A stretch of DNA of 40,000 nucleotides from Escherichia coli (GTDB taxonomy: Bacteria > Pseudomonadota > Gammaproteobacteria > Enterobacterales > Enterobacteriaceae), in the NCBI RefSeq assembly GCF_003180995.1, contig NZ_CP029579.1. One strand, given 5' to 3'. Shown here piece after piece: positions 27,254 through 35,276 of the stretch; position 1 is the stretch's first letter; every line of letters begins with the position of its first letter. The position numbers and the translations under genes are program-made. A model generated the notes under the pieces. The model was given only the letters and a program-made list of their open reading frames with translations, was not told where the DNA came from and ran no database searches.

Positions 27254-27745
27254 TTAATGTGCATGGCCTGGATTCATATTATCAATTTCCATTTTTTCGA
27301 TGAAAATTAAAAAAGGGATTTTTGCGAAGGGTAGTAAGTCGTCTGGTTTTTTTTCTTTATTATGTCTGGTGACGAGGGGGGATAGAACGTCGGTACATAT
27401 AGTAGAGAATTTATTCAGGTCTAAATTATTCTCTATTTTGGCCAGTTTTATGAGTTCATTTGTAGCCATACTCATTAAATCATCTGTTATCGGAAATTTA
27501 TATATGCTCATAGCCGATAATATTGCTTGCTGAATTATTTCTTCAGAAATATCCGCTATCTTTATTGACAAATCATGTGTTAGATATTTTCCTCCAAGAG
27601 ATTCTTGTTCAATATAATTTAAACCAGACCTCATCGTAATTTTAACTGGATTCACGTATTTCTCTTCATTTTTCTTATTTTTGTTCTCCTGATCAGGAAC
27701 TAATGGTTGCAGTGGTAGGCTATTATTAATATTTCGTGGCTTCAT
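27254..27745 (-). CDS. ygeF: Hypothetical protein YgeF (163 aa); function unknown
   Basis: This intact ORF lies directly upstream of, and on the same strand as, the chaperone gene ygeG. The N-terminus is polar (MKPRNINNSLPLQPLVPDQENK). I recognise no catalytic motif. Confidence 0.6.
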   Translation of the reverse strand: MKPRNINNSLPLQPLVPDQENKNKKNEEKYVNPVKITMRSGLNYIEQESLGGKYLTHDLSIKIADISEEIIQQAILSAMSIYKFPITDDLMSMATNELIKLAKIENNLDLNKFSTICTDVLSPLVTRHNKEKKPDDLLPFAKIPFLIFIEKMEIDNMNPGHAH

Positions 27746-28174
27746 TTTACATTTCTCTCATTTGATTAGAGCAAAATCCGAATTCGCAGCTTCTGATAAT
27801 GTCAAATATCACCTTTTCTCATGCTTTATTCTATCAAAAATCGCTCATTTTTACTTTTTTTACCATAATGTTACTTAGTGGCATCGGCAATTTACATAAC
27901 TTACATGTTGTTTTTTATATCCTGAAAAAACAGATAGATAGTGTGCACACTCGAAATGATATTGGTAACATAAATAGCTTTATTCGTGACAAACATCTCA
28001 AAAGATTTCCTTTATTATTTTCGAAATTCATTTGATCAAGGTTATCACCTTATGGAGACGTTACGTAGAATGACTATATTTGTTATCGGCACATTAGGGG
28101 TATTAAATTTAGTATTGATGGAAGGTGATTATTGAACAGTAACATCGAGTCACGGTCAAAATGTGAGGTATATA

Positions 28175-28600
28175 ATGGACATTGAGTTTTCGCAGATTCA
28201 TGAAATGGTCTATATGCATGATATTGTAAATTCGGACTCGAAAAAGAAACCAAGGATTCCGTTAAAAAAATTCCTTAATGCTGAGAAGGTTCTCACGCAA
28301 ACAACATCATGGGTACTAAATTCAAGATATGTGAATGTTAATTCTGTCAGTAAAGTCAACGTAAAGAGTAAAGTTAAAAACAGTTATATCTCACGATCTG
28401 TCAATGATGAGTTTAGTTTAACAGATGATGAAATCAATTCTTTTAAAGAAACGTTAGTCCTTTCCTCTATTGATTCTCTAAGTAAACTGGTTCTTAATAA
28501 TCCTCTTTCTGTATTGTTTACATCGACTGTACGAAGGAATAATAATAGAGCTAAGATGAATGTTGAGTTCGACTCATGGATTTGCACCAGATGTTGTTGA
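28175..28600 (+). CDS. yqeK: Hypothetical protein YqeK (141 aa)
   Basis: SD GTGAGG lies before ATG 28175. The product is [18 protein letters not shown]...CTRCC. It matches the K-12 yqeK length and position, and its function is unknown. Confidence 0.6.
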   Translation: MDIEFSQIHEMVYMHDIVNSDSKKKPRIPLKKFLNAEKVLTQTTSWVLNSRYVNVNSVSKVNVKSKVKNSYISRSVNDEFSLTDDEINSFKETLVLSSIDSLSKLVLNNPLSVLFTSTVRRNNNRAKMNVEFDSWICTRCC

Positions 28601-28748
28601 TACATGATATTTTGCATTGCAAGGTGATATCTAAAATGAAAGATGTTGATCAAAACTTTGATGCTTTATACTGGCATATACTACAAGCATATTTAATTTT
28701 ATTGTTTTATGATTAACGAGGTTCCATCTTTTTATTATCTATTTAAGT

Positions 28749-29231
28749 TTACCTTGCACAATGCATTATTGCTCTGTTACCAATACTCAAAATAAAAGCA
28801 TGCTTACCTTGCTTTAGTATATTATAGCTTACACTTTTTTCTGGAAAGACATAAAAATCAGGAATAAGTTCTGCAAGTCTATCATCATCGACTTGATCCA
28901 TGATCTCAAATTTATTAACTTTCTTTGATGTTAAATGGGCTGTGTCATAGTTTTCAATCCATGTGTATTCAATATTTCGCCGTATTGACTTACTTTCTCT
29001 GTTACCTTGTTGCCAGGTTCCGCTCAACGCAACAGTTCCTGTTTTATTTTTTTGGTTATACATAAAGTCGATGGTAAGATTTGCTCGCCCCTTGTCATTA
29101 AAAATTACCCAATTTGCAGTGCATGTTTCATTATATATCATTTTTTCTGCAGTATAAGAGTAAACAATGAAGAGAATAAACCCACTGATAAAAACTAAAA
29201 TAAATAATAAGTTTTTTTTATAATCAATCAC
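28749..29231 (-). CDS. yqeJ: Single-pass membrane/periplasmic protein YqeJ (candidate ToxS-like partner of YqeI)
   Basis: GTG 29231 overlaps the yqeI stop (29226-29224) by 8 nt; ATG 29243 is an alternative start. The N-terminal TM is LLFILVFISGFILFIVYSY, followed by a soluble domain of about 130 aa. Confidence 0.7.
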   Translation of the reverse strand: MIDYKKNLLFILVFISGFILFIVYSYTAEKMIYNETCTANWVIFNDKGRANLTIDFMYNQKNKTGTVALSGTWQQGNRESKSIRRNIEYTWIENYDTAHLTSKKVNKFEIMDQVDDDRLAELIPDFYVFPEKSVSYNILKQGKHAFILSIGNRAIMHCAR

Positions 29232-30033
29232 GATTAACCTCACGGTAAGACAGGGTTAAACAGCCTGCCACTTCATGTTGGTTATAGTTTTTATTGCATG
29301 CCATAACAATCATCCCTGGTGAGGATTTTGCAAGAGGGAAGTATAACCACGGATATTTTTTACAGTTAATCCCCGAATCCAGTATCCGTGTCTTATATTT
29401 ATCGAACTCTTTCAACCCATCAATTGTATCTTCTGTCACATTAAAATGGCAGCCATTAATTTCCGCAACAGTCTTGTAATCCTTGAAGAAAGGTTTCGGT
29501 TGATTATTATTCCATAGCCAATGTGCAGAATATACGCCTATAGCAAATATGCTCAACATAATTAGATAACTTTTTATATGTTTGAGGATTTTGTTATTGA
29601 AATTGTTTGCGCTTCCAATGCTCTCTTTGTACCCCGCATTACCTTTTACGGCAGGTGGGGCATTGTGTGTATGTGCGTCTGTTGAAGAGTTTATTGCATG
29701 ATTTTGTATGTTAATGTCATTATGAATCTTGAATCCTCTTCTCGGCACGGTTGCAATAAGCGAGTGGGTGGTATCACCAACAGCGCGAAATCCGCGTCTG
29801 ATAATGGATATGTTCTGATATAACGTGTTAGTTGGCACACGCATACCTTCTTCTTCCCAGACTCTGGTGAAAAAATCTTGTTGTGCAACCACATCAGGAA
29901 AAGCTTCAAGTAGAAGTGATAAACAACGACTGGCTGGCGTTGTCAGAACGACGTTAAGATCGGCGTTATGTACCGATATTAATTTTCGGTGCTCAGGCCA
30001 GAACTCGATATTATCGTTAATAATCCAGTACAT
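29224..30033 (-). CDS. yqeI: ToxR-like membrane-anchored winged-helix transcriptional regulator
   Basis: 269 aa. The N-terminal OmpR/ToxR wHTH is RCLSLLLEAFPDVVAQQDFFTRVWEEEGMRVPTNTLYQNISIIRRGF...IATVPRRGFKI. The central TM is LIMLSIFAIGVYSAHWLW. The C-terminal domain of about 95 aa contains four Cys. Confidence 0.85.
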   Translation of the reverse strand: MYWIINDNIEFWPEHRKLISVHNADLNVVLTTPASRCLSLLLEAFPDVVAQQDFFTRVWEEEGMRVPTNTLYQNISIIRRGFRAVGDTTHSLIATVPRRGFKIHNDINIQNHAINSSTDAHTHNAPPAVKGNAGYKESIGSANNFNNKILKHIKSYLIMLSIFAIGVYSAHWLWNNNQPKPFFKDYKTVAEINGCHFNVTEDTIDGLKEFDKYKTRILDSGINCKKYPWLYFPLAKSSPGMIVMACNKNYNQHEVAGCLTLSYREVNRD

Positions 30034-30299
30034 ACGTCAATAGACACTAAATCAATCGAAATGGAAATCACATAGTTTGCTAAGTATATTGATATTTACG
30101 GCATAAATATATATTAATTTTATATTTATCATAATGATTGAAATGAGGCTTTAATGTCGCAACGTAAAACTTTACGTAAATTAACATGATTAACATTTAT
30201 GCCACTATTGTTTGTAAATTCATATTTCGTAATGCTTCTGAATTTTTCGTGTGATGGTTTTAAATACCATGTTGTTTACTCTTGGGGTTACTGCTTATT

Positions 30300-30331
30300 T
30301 GTAAAATACGGGCATTTCAATAGATGCCCGT
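30300..30331 (-). terminator. Intrinsic terminator downstream of yqeH
   Basis: An 8-bp stem ACGGGCAT (30308-30315) / ATGCCCGT (30324-30331). On the - strand it is followed by ATTTTAC. An outer complementary pair CTGCTTAT / ATAAGCAG extends the structure. Confidence 0.55.
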
Positions 30332-30366
30332 ATAAGCAGAGTATGATTCTGGCAGATTATTGAGTA

Positions 30367-30999
30367 TCAATGTTGGACCGAATGTGAACGAATAAATAAC
30401 TCGTTTATTTTACCACCCATTCTCTTTTCGATTCGTTGCTTGTACGCGTAGATGCTACGGATATCCATATCCAGAACTTCAGCAATCTGATATGGATTAT
30501 AACCAGAAACCATATATCCCATTATGGTGAATTCCATCTGAGTTAATGTGTTCCCTCTGGTAAATGATAAATAACGACCAATAAATAGTTGTCTGATCTT
30601 TTCATTGGCAACATCAAGACCATCATCATTATATATGACAGCAGATATTGCAGAGTTGTGTTTTCGCCAGTAGTTAGCTAACGATTGCATATTGCGGTCG
30701 CTGACTAAAACAATCCCCATGTCAGTACTTGCAAGATAGTCAATCCAGTCTTTTTCAAGGAATAGACGTAAAAAACTTACTGAAAAATCGACAAAAATAT
30801 ATCCGCTTAATCTCGCATTGTGGTTTTTTGTTAAAATACCTTCCACCACACCACGATTAAAATATGAACTTTCTTCGGGCCACATACAAAAACACGAGTT
30901 TGCGCAATACTGCAAACGCGGTGACTCTTCTGGCATTATTTGGCAATGCATTGAGCAACTATTGCATGTAAGACTTTTATAACGACTACAAAGCCCCAT
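30367..30999 (-). CDS. yqeH: LuxR-family HTH regulator with a Cys-rich N-terminus
   Basis: SD GGGAGG lies 8 nt before ATG 30999 (210 aa). The C-terminal LuxR HTH is LTQMEFTIMGYMVSGYNPYQIAEVLDMDIRSIYAYKQRIEKRMG. The N-terminus has 7 Cys in the first 38 residues. Confidence 0.85.
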   Translation of the reverse strand: MGLCSRYKSLTCNSCSMHCQIMPEESPRLQYCANSCFCMWPEESSYFNRGVVEGILTKNHNARLSGYIFVDFSVSFLRLFLEKDWIDYLASTDMGIVLVSDRNMQSLANYWRKHNSAISAVIYNDDGLDVANEKIRQLFIGRYLSFTRGNTLTQMEFTIMGYMVSGYNPYQIAEVLDMDIRSIYAYKQRIEKRMGGKINELFIRSHSVQH

Positions 31000-31413
31000 G
31001 TTAAGAACCTCCCTATCCGTATATAATTGCATAATTTCATTGGTTATTGATGATGTCAATACACCATGATTTTGTAAATTTGCTGGGAAAAATTGCGATT
31101 AATCTGAATTTGCTATAATTCTGAGTAAAGCATTTAAAAATGCATTTCTCGTTATTAAATATGATTATGTTTTACTGATTTAATCTTACCTGGTTGATGG
31201 TGGTTCAGATAACTATCTCATGGTATGAGAATATCTATATCGCAAATTGTTTTTGAATGACCAGAAGATATCTTGCGAATCTAAGTTATGCATCTTAAAT
31301 AGTCTTATTTAAGATGTTCAGATCTCTTTGTGTGTTTAACTAACTGATAATACTAGGATATGACGAGAGAAGTGATAGAGCGGAATTATAACAAATGAAC
31401 ATTATGAAAACTG

Positions 31414-31448
31414 GAATGGTTCAAAATTGTAGCAATTTTGAACCATTC
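31414..31448 (-). terminator. Intrinsic terminator downstream of yqeG
   Basis: A perfect 15-bp stem GAATGGTTCAAAATT (31414-31428) / AATTTTGAACCATTC (31434-31448) with loop GTAGC. On the - strand it is followed by CAGTTTTC. Confidence 0.65.
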
Positions 31449-31458
31449 ACAATGGATA

Positions 31459-32688
31459 TTAGCTAAAGAACATTACCGATACGCACAGGATACCCACGAT
31501 CAGCGTAATCAGATTTCCGACGGAACGCCAGGGTTTAAGCGCCGGGATGAGATATGTTGACAGCGTAGGCATGATGAACAGTATCATGGCAATGAGCGGG
31601 CCGCTGATCGCGTAAATCATCGAAATCGCGTTCGGGTTAATGCAACAAACAATGAAGGTAATCAGCGATACCAACATAATTGATAGTGCGCGGTTAAATG
31701 CACGACTTTTCTTTACACCAACCTGCTGTAATGTTGTTTTGACGACCTCTGTGGCACCTTCAATAACGCCAAAGTACGTACCCAGGAATGATTTCGACAT
31801 CGCAACTACTGCGACAATAATCCCGGAAATTGACAACCATGCTGGGGCGTTCGGCAGCATAGAAAGTGCCGATAAAATGGTAACCCCTTCTTCTTTAGCC
31901 GCTTCAATATACGAAGGTGGAATAGAAAGCAGGCAGCTAAAGACAAAGAACAGTACACTTATGCAGATGATGAGATAAGCGACTTTCATAATTTTTTTGC
32001 ATTTATCCATAGCGTGTTCGCCATATTTTTCACGTCTGTCTATGGCAAACGTAGAAATAATGGGCGTATGGCTAAAGGCGAAAACCATCACGGGAATCGA
32101 TATCCATATCTGGTGAAGGGTATTCTGATTGAACTCTACCTGGGTAGTTAATAGATCAGGTTGCCAACTACCGACCAGGTAAATAGAAAGAAATAAGAAA
32201 TAGGCAATCAATGGGAATACCAAAAATCCCATTACCCGAATAGTGGCATGGCGTCCCATCAGAAAAATGAGATTCAGGATTAATACAACACCCAGACTCA
32301 CCAACATACGGATACGAAGATCAATAACCATATGCTTTGCCAGCTGTTCCGTAAGTGAGTTGGTAATTGCCACGGCATATATCAACACGACGACAAAAAA
32401 GGCGATGAAGTACAGCGTGGTAATCAGATTACCAATCTTCTTGCCATAGTAGTGTGTTACTGCGCCCGTTATCCCTTCACCTGCTGATGTTTTTGATGAG
32501 AGGATGAACTGGCATAAGGCTTTATGTGGCCAATATGTTAAAGGCCAGGCGACCAGAGCAGTAATAAACAGGACCACAGCCCCTGCCGAACCTAACTGAA
32601 TAGGAAGGAAGAGCGTGCCTGCACCAACGGCTGTGCCGTAGAGCGCGAAACTCCACAGAGTTTCTTCTTTTGACCAAATATTAGACAT
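31459..32688 (-). CDS. yqeG: HAAAP-family (serine/threonine/aromatic amino acid type) inner-membrane transporter
   Basis: This 409-aa polytopic membrane protein (about 11 TM) has the N-terminus MSNIWSKEETLWSFALYGTAVGAGTLFLPIQLGSAG, typical of the SdaC/TdcC-like family. It is recognised as E. coli YqeG. Confidence 0.88.
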   Translation of the reverse strand: MSNIWSKEETLWSFALYGTAVGAGTLFLPIQLGSAGAVVLFITALVAWPLTYWPHKALCQFILSSKTSAGEGITGAVTHYYGKKIGNLITTLYFIAFFVVVLIYAVAITNSLTEQLAKHMVIDLRIRMLVSLGVVLILNLIFLMGRHATIRVMGFLVFPLIAYFLFLSIYLVGSWQPDLLTTQVEFNQNTLHQIWISIPVMVFAFSHTPIISTFAIDRREKYGEHAMDKCKKIMKVAYLIICISVLFFVFSCLLSIPPSYIEAAKEEGVTILSALSMLPNAPAWLSISGIIVAVVAMSKSFLGTYFGVIEGATEVVKTTLQQVGVKKSRAFNRALSIMLVSLITFIVCCINPNAISMIYAISGPLIAMILFIMPTLSTYLIPALKPWRSVGNLITLIVGILCVSVMFFS

Positions 32689-32942
32689 TATCTGAACGTA
32701 TCATCTACAAATTAAACAAAATGGAGGGCAATTTACCATAAACCAGGTTAAGTATGGGAGATTAACGCCCTTTCTACCTCTCTATTGGTGGGTTAGTGGT
32801 TGCAAACCTTACGTGCCAGTTATGTCTCTGACTGCTACTCAGGCATATTTCCTTTGTGATAAAAATCACTTTTTTTAAACAATTAAGATAACTGCAATTA
32901 ACAATCATTTACTATTGCACTGTTAATTGGTGCGAGGTTGTG

Positions 32943-34124
32943 ATGAAAGACGTTGTGATTGTCGGGGCGTTACGGACACCTATCGGCTGCTTTCGTGGTG
33001 CGTTAGCGGGTCATTCCGCTGTGGAACTTGGCAGCCTGGTCGTGAAAGCGTTAATAGAACGTACCGGTGTTTCTGCATATGCGGTGGATGAAGTGATTCT
33101 TGGTCAGGTGTTGACTGCAGGGGCAGGGCAGAATCCGGCAAGGCAATCGGCTATTAAAGGTGGTCTTCCTAATAGCGTTTCTGCAATCACGATTAATGAC
33201 GTTTGCGGTTCCGGGCTTAAAGCACTGCATCTGGCTACTCAGGCGATACAGTGTGGCGAGGCTGATATTGTCATCGCCGGTGGTCAGGAAAACATGAGTC
33301 GCGCACCACATGTTCTGACTGATAGCCGCACCGGTGCACAGCTTGGTAATAGCCAGTTGGTTGATAGTCTTGTGCACGATGGGTTGTGGGATGCCTTCAA
33401 TGATTATCATATTGGTGTCACCGCCGAAAATCTGGCTCGCGAATATGGCATCAGCCGTCAGTTGCAGGATGCTTACGCACTTAGCTCGCAACAAAAAGCG
33501 CGAGCGGCGATTGACGCCGGACGATTTAAAGATGAGATCGTCCCGGTAATGACCCAAAGTAACGGTCAGACGTTGGTTGTAGATACCGATGAACAGCCAC
33601 GCACTGACGCCAGTGCAGAAGGCTTAGCCCGTTTAAATCCTTCATTTGATAGTCTCGGCTCTGTGACAGCGGGTAATGCATCATCCATAAACGATGGCGC
33701 AGCTGCAGTAATGATGATGAGCGAAGCCAAAGCACGAGCGTTGAATTTACCCGTGCTGGCCCGCATCCGCGCATTTGCCAGCGTTGGTGTAGATCCGGCA
33801 TTGATGGGAATTGCGCCGGTGTATGCGACCCGCCGTTGCCTGGAGCGTGTTGGCTGGCAGTTGGCTGATGTCGATCTTATCGAGGCTAATGAAGCGTTTG
33901 CTGCACAGGCGCTTTCGGTTGGCAAGATGCTTGAATGGGATGAGCGTCGGGTCAATGTCAATGGTGGCGCGATCGCACTCGGTCACCCAATAGGCGCTTC
34001 CGGTTGCCGAATCCTCGTGTCTCTGGTTCATGAAATGGTGAAACGTAATGCCCGCAAAGGACTGGCTACGCTTTGTATCGGCGGGGGCCAGGGCGTGGCA
34101 TTGACCATTGAACGTGACGAATAG
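32943..34124 (+). CDS. yqeF: Acetyl-CoA C-acetyltransferase (thiolase II family)
   Basis: The protein begins MKDVVIVGALRTPIGCFRGAL. The active-site Cys region is INDVCGSGLKAL and the C-terminal thiolase motifs are NVNGGAIALGHPIGASGCRIL...CIGGGQGVAL. ATG 32943 is the start (GTG 32940 is also possible). Confidence 0.92.
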   Translation: MKDVVIVGALRTPIGCFRGALAGHSAVELGSLVVKALIERTGVSAYAVDEVILGQVLTAGAGQNPARQSAIKGGLPNSVSAITINDVCGSGLKALHLATQAIQCGEADIVIAGGQENMSRAPHVLTDSRTGAQLGNSQLVDSLVHDGLWDAFNDYHIGVTAENLAREYGISRQLQDAYALSSQQKARAAIDAGRFKDEIVPVMTQSNGQTLVVDTDEQPRTDASAEGLARLNPSFDSLGSVTAGNASSINDGAAAVMMMSEAKARALNLPVLARIRAFASVGVDPALMGIAPVYATRRCLERVGWQLADVDLIEANEAFAAQALSVGKMLEWDERRVNVNGGAIALGHPIGASGCRILVSLVHEMVKRNARKGLATLCIGGGQGVALTIERDE

Positions 34125-34280
34125 CTCTGCATTTCCTCCTTACCGATAAATATCAGCCGTCATTAATCTGTTGAATAATGGTGGCTGGCGAGTCGACATA
34201 CATTTTCAGGGCTCCCTGATTTTCCCATTCTCATGACATATTCGTGATCGACACTGCACTTTTTTCAGTCCTTAACTTAA

Positions 34281-34301
34281 AAATGAAACAATGTTTTATT
34301 T
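34281..34301. promoter_or_regulatory. KdgR-type operator 1 upstream of kduI
   Basis: AAATGAAACAATGTTTTATTT is a near match to the KdgR palindromic consensus AAATGAAACAnTGTTTCATTT. Confidence 0.65.
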
Positions 34302-34346
34302 TTAATTGAAAACCCTATCCCGTGGGCATATCATCCCCTTATAGAG

Positions 34347-34367
34347 AAAACGAAACAGTGTTTCACT
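34347..34367. promoter_or_regulatory. KdgR-type operator 2 upstream of kduI
   Basis: AAAACGAAACAGTGTTTCACT contains the palindromic core GAAACAnTGTTTC. It is nested inside an outer inverted repeat AGAAAACGA / TCGTTTTCT. Confidence 0.6.
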
Positions 34368-34410
34368 ATCGTTTTCTATTTTCACGCTTCACTGATTATC
34401 GGAGGTTGAT

Positions 34411-35247
34411 GTGGACGTAAGACAGAGCATCCACAGTGCGCATGCAAAAACGCTGGATACCCAGGGGCTGCGCAATGAATTTTTGGTTGAAAAGGTATTT
34501 ATCGCCGATGAGTACACCATGGTTTACAGCCACATTGACCGTATTATTGTTGGCGGCATTATGCCGGTAACTAAAACGGTTTCCGTTGGCGGGGAAGTTG
34601 GTAAACAACTCGGCGTAAGCTATTTCCTGGAACGTCGCGAGTTAGGTGTTATCAATATTGGCGGTGCCGGTACGATTACTGTCGATGGTCAATGCTATGA
34701 AATCGGTCACCGCGACGCCCTGTATGTTGGTAAAGGTGCAAAAGAAGTTGTCTTTGCCAGTATTGATACCGCCACTCCGGCGAAGTTTTATTACAATTGC
34801 GCACCTGCGCATACGACGTATCCCACCAAAAAAGTCACACCGGACGAAGTATCTCCAGTCACGTTAGGCGATAACCTCACCAGTAACCGTCGCACGATTA
34901 ACAAATATTTTGTCCCGGATGTACTGGAAACCTGCCAATTGAGTATGGGGCTGACGGAGCTGGCTCCGGGTAACTTGTGGAACACCATGCCGTGTCACAC
35001 CCACGAGCGCCGGATGGAAGTTTATTTCTATTTCAATATGGATGATGACGCCTGCGTTTTCCACATGATGGGGCAGCCGCAAGAAACGCGTCATATTGTG
35101 ATGCATAACGAGCAGGCGGTGATCTCCCCGAGCTGGTCGATCCATTCCGGTGTCGGAACCAAAGCTTATACCTTTATCTGGGGCATGGTCGGTGAAAACC
35201 AGGTCTTTGATGATATGGACCATGTGGCCGTTAAAGATTTGCGCTAG
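34411..35247 (+). CDS. kduI: 5-dehydro-4-deoxy-D-glucuronate isomerase
   Basis: SD GGAGG lies 5 nt before GTG 34411. The 278-aa cupin protein begins [26 protein letters not shown] and is recognised as E. coli KduI. Confidence 0.93.
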   Translation: MDVRQSIHSAHAKTLDTQGLRNEFLVEKVFIADEYTMVYSHIDRIIVGGIMPVTKTVSVGGEVGKQLGVSYFLERRELGVINIGGAGTITVDGQCYEIGHRDALYVGKGAKEVVFASIDTATPAKFYYNCAPAHTTYPTKKVTPDEVSPVTLGDNLTSNRRTINKYFVPDVLETCQLSMGLTELAPGNLWNTMPCHTHERRMEVYFYFNMDDDACVFHMMGQPQETRHIVMHNEQAVISPSWSIHSGVGTKAYTFIWGMVGENQVFDDMDHVAVKDLR

Positions 35248-35276
35248 TTGTGGGCATAAACGAATAAGGTATTGTT

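Larger units (their letters stand above)
3619..31100. other. ETT2 genomic island (E. coli type III secretion system 2 locus) inserted beside glyU
   Basis: There is an abrupt switch from G+C-rich core genes to strongly AT-rich DNA immediately 3' of the tRNA. The content is a complete SPI-1-like set of injectisome structural genes plus regulators. The right end is approximate, because composition returns to core-like around yqeG/yqeF. No integrase was seen. Confidence 0.85.

Noticed and set aside
27799-28035. 78-aa + strand ORF in the ygeF-yqeK spacer
   Set aside because: It has no SD, its composition is homopolymer-rich (F/I/L/K from AT-rich DNA), and it overlaps the likely divergent promoter region. 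It is treated as non-coding.
3596-31458. A direct repeat of the glyU 3' end (att-like) at the far side of the island
   Set aside because: I could not spot a copy of TTCGATTCCCTTCGCCCGCTCCA or a substantial part of it near the yqeH/yqeG boundary by eye. This needs a computational repeat search, so it is not reported as a feature.
33051-34031. Antisense and alternative-frame ORFs (up to 168 aa) inside yqeF, with similar ones in kduI, kduD, araE, ygeA and lysR
   Set aside because: Same reasoning: these are shadow ORFs of strongly supported core genes with Arg/Ser/Cys-rich nonsense composition.
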